A stretch of DNA of 64,000 bases from Lactobacillaceae bacterium UBA5807 (GTDB taxonomy: Bacteria; Bacillota; Bacilli; Lactobacillales; Lactobacillaceae): assembly GCA_002418005.1 (NCBI GenBank), contig DIDF01000056.1:4174-68173 (forward strand), written 5' to 3'. Position 1 is the first letter of the stretch. Every line of letters starts with the position of its first letter. The notes below the pieces were generated by a model. That model was given only the letters and a program-made list of their open reading frames with translations. It did not search any database and was not told the DNA's origin. Position numbers and translations under genes: made by a program. Below are positions 59,074-64,000 of the stretch, piece by piece.

Positions 59074-60066
59074 TTGAAAAAACATATATTAACCGCAATC
59101 TGTGCTTTATCATTTGGAGCGCTCACTTTCTTTGCGGGTTCAAACACACCTGCTAAAGCTGAGAGTGTAAATTCATATATTTCAAATAACAATATTTCAC
59201 ATGCTAACGTTACCTCAGCTGTCTGGAGTGGCTTTCCAAAATATAAGTATCGCAATGGGGTTGGTAAACCAGAAGGCGTTGTCGTCCATGAGACTGGCAA
59301 CCCAAATTCGACAATCTATAATGAAATTTCTTTTATGAAGCGAAATTATCAAAATGCTTTTGTTCATACATTTGTTGATTCTGCTCGAATTATCAATATT
59401 GCCAACACCGATTACCTTGCTTGGGGAGTAGGTTATCCCGGTAACTCAAGGTTCGTCCAATTCGAACAAGTGGAAATGCACAGCAAAGATGCTTTCGCTC
59501 ATGAGGTTGCCAATGCAGCTTACTACACTGCATATATTCTAAAAAAATACAATTTACCTTTAAACGATGCCGCCTATGATGGCAACGGAACTGTTTGGTC
59601 CCATGCTGCAGTTGCCAAATTCTTGGGTGGATCAGATCATACCGACCCGGTCGGCTATTACGCAACCAGCGGCAAGAAATATTTTGGCCAGGCTTATACA
59701 ATGTCTGATTTTTATCAACTAGTAAAAGTCGTCTACAATAATCTTGGTTCAGGTTCTTCATTCAACAGTAATGCTAAGAGTAATGTCAGTTACGATAAAG
59801 TTACTTACCAATCATCAAATCAAACTGCAAAATTAGGCAGTCAGTATAGCTCATATCGATTATATGAACACGTGAAAAACACTCGTGCTTCAATCAATAA
59901 GTTTTCTTGGACGTCAGTTTCACCTTATGTTGGTGAAGAAGTTTATATAGATATGTCAGCAAAAAAAACTAATGCAAAACAAAATTGGTATCGAATTAGG
60001 TTCTCTTCTAACACAAATGCCAAGCGTTACTGGGTATACGGAACTGCCCTAGATTTTACAAAATAA
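59074..60066 (+). CDS. secreted N-acetylmuramoyl-L-alanine amidase (Amidase_2, Atl-type) with a C-terminal cell-wall-binding domain
   Basis: Signal peptide; GVGKPEGVVVHET, NAFVH, WSH and DHTDP. Confidence 0.9.
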   Translation: MKKHILTAICALSFGALTFFAGSNTPAKAESVNSYISNNNISHANVTSAVWSGFPKYKYRNGVGKPEGVVVHETGNPNSTIYNEISFMKRNYQNAFVHTFVDSARIINIANTDYLAWGVGYPGNSRFVQFEQVEMHSKDAFAHEVANAAYYTAYILKKYNLPLNDAAYDGNGTVWSHAAVAKFLGGSDHTDPVGYYATSGKKYFGQAYTMSDFYQLVKVVYNNLGSGSSFNSNAKSNVSYDKVTYQSSNQTAKLGSQYSSYRLYEHVKNTRASINKFSWTSVSPYVGEEVYIDMSAKKTNAKQNWYRIRFSSNTNAKRYWVYGTALDFTK

Positions 60067-60075
60067 ACAATTTGA

Positions 60076-60104
60076 TTGACTTATTGCAAAAGATTCTTTA
60101 TGCT
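60076..60104 (+). promoter_or_regulatory. sigma-70 promoter of the proBA leader
   Basis: TTGACT-17 nt-TATGCT. Confidence 0.6.
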
Positions 60105-60111
60105 TAGTGCA

Positions 60112-60311
60112 AATTTAAAGTTTAAGTAGTGTCACTTAGAGAGTTTGTAATTTGCTGAAATACAAACTAGTACACGAATCCTGGCTTTATCGATTTATGA
60201 TTTCAAAAGATCACGGTTTTGCCGCCGTTATTGGTATAAAAGAGTGAAGCGTTGCTTTGAAAGAGAATGGTACCGCCCAGATGGGTGTCTCAATCAAGCA
60301 ACGCTTTTTTT
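60112..60311 (+). promoter_or_regulatory. T-box riboswitch, Pro specifier
   Basis: AGAGA / GCTGAAA stem-I motifs and specifier GAAT-CCT (Pro, 60180-60182). T-box TGGTACC at 60268. Terminator AAGCGTTGCTT...AAGCAACGCTTTTTTT. Confidence 0.88.
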
Positions 60312-60331
60312 GGAAAAATTTAGAAGAGTAG

Positions 60332-61159
60332 GTGAAGTCATTGGCAGATAGTAGGGATATCAAAGCTAATCGAATTGTGGTTAAAGTTGGAACCAGTAGT
60401 TTGATTCACCCAAATGGGACTGTTAATCTAAAAACTTTTGATCAGTTGGCTTTCGTTTTAAGTGCTTTAAATAATCAAGGCAAGCAACTGATCCTGGTTT
60501 CTTCAGGAGCCATGGGAGTTGGGTTAAACAAAATGCATCTCAAAAATCGACCAGAGGAAATTGGTGCCCAACAAGCATTATCAGCAATTGGGCAATCAGA
60601 ACTGATGACTTTATTTACTCAAAGATTTGATCATTATCTAACTGATATTGCCCAAGTATTGCTTACCCATGACAATTTTGACTACCCAAAGAACAGCAAA
60701 TACATTATGAATACTTTTGATTGTCTTTTAGCCGAAAATGTTATTCCAATTGTAAACGAAAATGATACCGTTGCTATCGATGAATTGGATCACAAAACCA
60801 CTTTTGGTGATAATGACCAATTATCAGCCATTGTTGCCAGCCACGTTGATGCCGATTTATTAATTGTTTTATCCGATGTGAATGGATTTTTCGACTCTAA
60901 CCCCCACAAGAATGAAAATGCTAAATTGATTCCCGAATGTTCTCAAATTAATGAAAAAACATTTGAAATTGCCGAAGGTCGGGGAAGTCGTTTTGGAACT
61001 GGCGGCATGCATACTAAGTTACTTGCAGCAAAACGAATGATTGAAGAAGGCCGACAGATGGTTTTAGCCAATGGTAAGGATCCTAAAGTGATTTTTGATA
61101 TTTTAGCCGGCAAAAAAATTGGGACTTTATTTACTCCCGTTAAAACAAAGGAGAGATAG
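60332..61159 (+). CDS. proB: glutamate 5-kinase (no PUA domain)
   Basis: VVKVGTSSL, VSSGA, NENDTV, FGDNDQL and GTGGM.TK. Confidence 0.95.
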   Translation: MKSLADSRDIKANRIVVKVGTSSLIHPNGTVNLKTFDQLAFVLSALNNQGKQLILVSSGAMGVGLNKMHLKNRPEEIGAQQALSAIGQSELMTLFTQRFDHYLTDIAQVLLTHDNFDYPKNSKYIMNTFDCLLAENVIPIVNENDTVAIDELDHKTTFGDNDQLSAIVASHVDADLLIVLSDVNGFFDSNPHKNENAKLIPECSQINEKTFEIAEGRGSRFGTGGMHTKLLAAKRMIEEGRQMVLANGKDPKVIFDILAGKKIGTLFTPVKTKER

Positions 61160-61161
61160 TC

Positions 61162-62418
61162 ATGGACACTATTATGAATGATGAATTAGTAAAAATTGGT
61201 GAACAAGCAAAGAAAGCTTCGTTTGAGATTGGCCAATTAAAGACTTCTCAAAAAAATAGCATTCTCAAATCATTTGCTGATGCTTTGCTTGATAATAAAG
61301 AAGAGATCTTAGACGCTAATAAAAAAGATTTAAATACTGACAACAATGTCCCGCAAAAATTTGTTGACCGATTAACATTAAACGAACAACGAATTAATGA
61401 TATGGCAGAAGGCTTACGCCAAGTTGCCGGGCTCGCAGATCCAATCGGAAATATCGATAAAGGCTGGGTCAATAATTCAGGCTTAAACATTATGAAGAAA
61501 AGAGTTCCCCTTGGAGTTGTCGCCATAATTTTTGAATCTCGCCCTAACGTGACTGTAGATGCATCTGCGTTGACTTTTAAAAGCGGAAATGCAGTAATTC
61601 TTCGTGGTGGCAGTGAAGCAATCCAAAGTAACTTGGCTTTGGCCAAAGTTATGCGAGACGTCTTAAAGAAAAACGGCCTGGACGAAAATATTATCCAAAT
61701 TGTTCACGATACCAGCCATAAAGTTGCCAATGAATTAATGAATTTGACCAAATATGTAGACGTTTTAATTCCTAGAGGCGGTTCAGGTTTGATTCAAACT
61801 GTGGTCAAAAATTCCTCTGTTCCCGTAATTGAAACTGGTGCCGGAAATTGCCATATTTACGTTGATGAATATGCTGAAGAAAAAATGGCTGAAGATATTG
61901 TCGTGAACGCAAAAGTTCAACGTCCCAGTGTTTGTAATGCCGCTGAAAAGTTGGTTATCAATTCAAAGGTTGCCAAAGACTTTCTTCCAAAAATTGCCCA
62001 AGCCTTAGAAAATCGTGGTGTCCAATTACGTGGTGATAAAAGAGCTGTAGGAATTGTTCCCTCAATTCTGCCAGCAACTGAAGATGACTGGTCCACTGAA
62101 TATAATGATTTAATTATGGCAGTGAAGGTAGTAGATTCGGAAGAGGAGGCTATTGCTCACATTAATAAATATTCAACTGGTCATTCTGAGGCAATCATTA
62201 CTGACAATTACCAAAACAGTCAAAAATTCCTTCAACAGATTGATTCAGCCTGTGTTTACGTAAATGCTTCTACAAGATTTACCGATGGCTTTGAATTTGG
62301 TTTTGGCGCCGAAATCGGTATTAGTACGCAAAAGCTTCACGCAAGAGGTCCAATGGGCTTAAATGAATTGACCACCACCAAGTACGAAATCCAAGGCAAT
62401 GGCCAAATCAGAAAATAA
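61162..62418 (+). CDS. proA: gamma-glutamyl phosphate reductase
   Basis: FESRPNVT, IPRGG, GNCH, CNAAE and EIGISTQKLHARGP. Confidence 0.96.
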   Translation: MDTIMNDELVKIGEQAKKASFEIGQLKTSQKNSILKSFADALLDNKEEILDANKKDLNTDNNVPQKFVDRLTLNEQRINDMAEGLRQVAGLADPIGNIDKGWVNNSGLNIMKKRVPLGVVAIIFESRPNVTVDASALTFKSGNAVILRGGSEAIQSNLALAKVMRDVLKKNGLDENIIQIVHDTSHKVANELMNLTKYVDVLIPRGGSGLIQTVVKNSSVPVIETGAGNCHIYVDEYAEEKMAEDIVVNAKVQRPSVCNAAEKLVINSKVAKDFLPKIAQALENRGVQLRGDKRAVGIVPSILPATEDDWSTEYNDLIMAVKVVDSEEEAIAHINKYSTGHSEAIITDNYQNSQKFLQQIDSACVYVNASTRFTDGFEFGFGAEIGISTQKLHARGPMGLNELTTTKYEIQGNGQIRK

Positions 62419-62976
62419 TTATTGATTTTTTTCGAATAAAGTAAAATAAGTTACCGCCGAAATTGTTTGGGCGGTATTTATTTTGCCCTGTTTAATCCAA
62501 TCCATTACTTGGGAATAATCGACTAAACTGCTGGAAACAAATTCGTCATGATCAAAATGAGTCGAAACGCGATTCTTTGGATCAAATTTTACTAGCATCA
62601 AAGCACAGGTCTGATCCATAAACCCTTCTGAAGAAGTGATATTAATCATTTCTTTGACACTAGAAGCAACATAGCCAGTTTCTTCTTGCAGCTCTCGCTT
62701 TGCCGCAGCCAGACTATTTTCGCCAGGATTAATAATTCCTGCTGGAAGAGAAACTGATTCAGCATTTATCCCCACTCGATATTCACTATTCATCACAATT
62801 TTCTGATCAGAAGTCATCGCTAAAATTGTCACGGTCGGATCGCACTTAATTAAATCCCTTTCAACCGTCAAACCATCTGGCGTTTTAATATGTAATTTTT
62901 GGACCCCGTAAACCGGTCCTGAATATACTTGTTTTCTATCAAGGATTTCGCCTTTTTTATGCCAACGTTCAAACAT
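62419..62976 (-). CDS. Nudix hydrolase (ADP-ribose pyrophosphatase-like)
   Basis: Nudix box PAGIINPGENSLAAAKRELQEETG. Confidence 0.88.
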   Translation of the reverse strand: MFERWHKKGEILDRKQVYSGPVYGVQKLHIKTPDGLTVERDLIKCDPTVTILAMTSDQKIVMNSEYRVGINAESVSLPAGIINPGENSLAAAKRELQEETGYVASSVKEMINITSSEGFMDQTCALMLVKFDPKNRVSTHFDHDEFVSSSLVDYSQVMDWIKQGKINTAQTISAVTYFTLFEKNQ

Positions 62977-63033
62977 TTAACCACTCCATTTTAAAATAGT
63001 TTTATATTTATAATGATACCAAAAACGGAAGCC

Positions 63034-63501
63034 CTATAGCGGACTTCCGTTTTTATATGCTTGAGTGAGACCATCAAGTAATTTGATGACACCCTTGCGT
63101 TCTTTTTTACCTAATTTTTCTACTTCAACGCTATAAGTTTCTTTGACCTTGTCGTTCATATTGCTTCTAAAGGTAGCAAGCTTTTGAGCATCCTCGGTAA
63201 TTTCAAAATGTTTTTTTCGCTTATCAGTTTTAGAAGGTACCTGATTGATTAAATTCATTTCGGATAATCGCCGAATTGCTGCTGTAACAGCCGGTCTTGT
63301 TAACCCTAGTTGTGCTGCAATAAACGAGTTATTGGCTTCATCACCATACTTTGAAATTATTCCAATAATATGCACCTGGGTTGGAGTAACTGAATAACCA
63401 CTGTCCGAAACTGACTGGTAAAAGGACTCATTTCGATTAGGATCAGAGACAAGGTCAACGAATTCGATTAATTTATTTGCTAGTTTATCTGATTTACTCA
63501 T
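63034..63501 (-). CDS. MarR-family transcriptional regulator
   Basis: wHTH IAAQLGLTRPAVTAAIRRL and DKR. Confidence 0.85.
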   Translation of the reverse strand: MSKSDKLANKLIEFVDLVSDPNRNESFYQSVSDSGYSVTPTQVHIIGIISKYGDEANNSFIAAQLGLTRPAVTAAIRRLSEMNLINQVPSKTDKRKKHFEITEDAQKLATFRSNMNDKVKETYSVEVEKLGKKERKGVIKLLDGLTQAYKNGSPL

Positions 63502-63594
63502 AATACATCCCTCATTTGTTGACTGTGCACCTTTGTTTAATTATTCATTTAACTAATTTACCTTTATTATAACTAGATTAACCAGATTATAAAG

Positions 63595-64000
63595 CTATTT
63601 GACCTTTTGTTTGTTATGCAGACGAATGCTCATAATCAAGGTCGTGATTGGTATTGTCAAAACCACTCCAATAAAGGCCACCATAATCGCAATTAGTTCC
63701 CCCGCAAAAACTTTATCATTTATGATTGTGCCAAGTGAATAATTAAGTCCTTTAAACCACATAAATAACGCTAAAGAACTACCGAAGAATCCAAAGAATA
63801 AGGTGTTGACAGCTGTGCCAATAATTTGCCGCCCAATAATGGTTCCATCAAAAAATAATTGTTTGGGTAAAATTGCACTATGCTGAGAAATAATTTCGTC
63901 TAACCCAGAAGCAATTGCAATCGCGGCTTCCGCAATTGCGCCAAGAGAGCTTAAAATTGCCGTTGATACTGCTACTGCAGTAAAATCAATTCCAACTAAA
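63595..64000 (-). CDS. C-terminal part of a YibE/F-family membrane protein (start lies outside the window)
   Basis: Translation ...LSSLGAIAEAAIAIASGL...G..IGRQIIGTAVNTLFFGFFG...IGVVLTIPIT, ending in TAG at 63595. Confidence 0.8.
   Translation of the reverse strand, partial: LVGIDFTAVAVSTAILSSLGAIAEAAIAIASGLDEIISQHSAILPKQLFFDGTIIGRQIIGTAVNTLFFGFFGSSLALFMWFKGLNYSLGTIINDKVFAGELIAIMVAFIGVVLTIPITTLIMSIRLHNKQKVK

Noticed and set aside
388-61646. Many 60-135 aa ORFs overlapping or antisense to long genes in the ORF track
   Set aside because: They are shadow ORFs without RBS or recognisable motifs, nested in well-supported genes.

Overview
This 64 kb window is low-GC chromosomal DNA from a heterofermentative-type Lactobacillaceae species. 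The SlpA-like protein and gene content suggest a Lentilactobacillus/Levilactobacillus-like organism (inference). Content is mostly housekeeping and metabolic: a GH3 glucosidase with a partial GPH sugar transporter, a tRNA-Arg, nnrE-ddpX-flavoprotein, a TPP riboswitch with a ykoEDC thiamine ECF transporter, asparaginase, potABCD, an S-layer-like protein, a D-2-hydroxyacid dehydrogenase and a P-type ATPase. Further along are sufCDSUB-sufT divergent from gltBD, the acetylase-route lysine operon with a lysine riboswitch plus lysC-dapF, a nuclease-DinG/XPD helicase, pgl, perR, an amidase, T-box proBA, Nudix, MarR and a partial YibE/F gene. No IS, integrase, prophage or CRISPR was seen. Best novelty candidates: (1) a compact lplA / remodelled fumarase-aspartase-superfamily lyase / GcvH-like lipoyl-carrier operon with no glycine-cleavage or dehydrogenase partners; (2) a CreE/FzmM-like aspartate N-monooxygenase homologue; (3) a tRNA-Arg with a UCG anticodon. 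There are also two apparent gene lesions (sufC nonsense, Ntn-hydrolase frameshift) and a helicase that has lost its Fe-S cysteines. All family calls come from motif recognition by eye; no database search was run.
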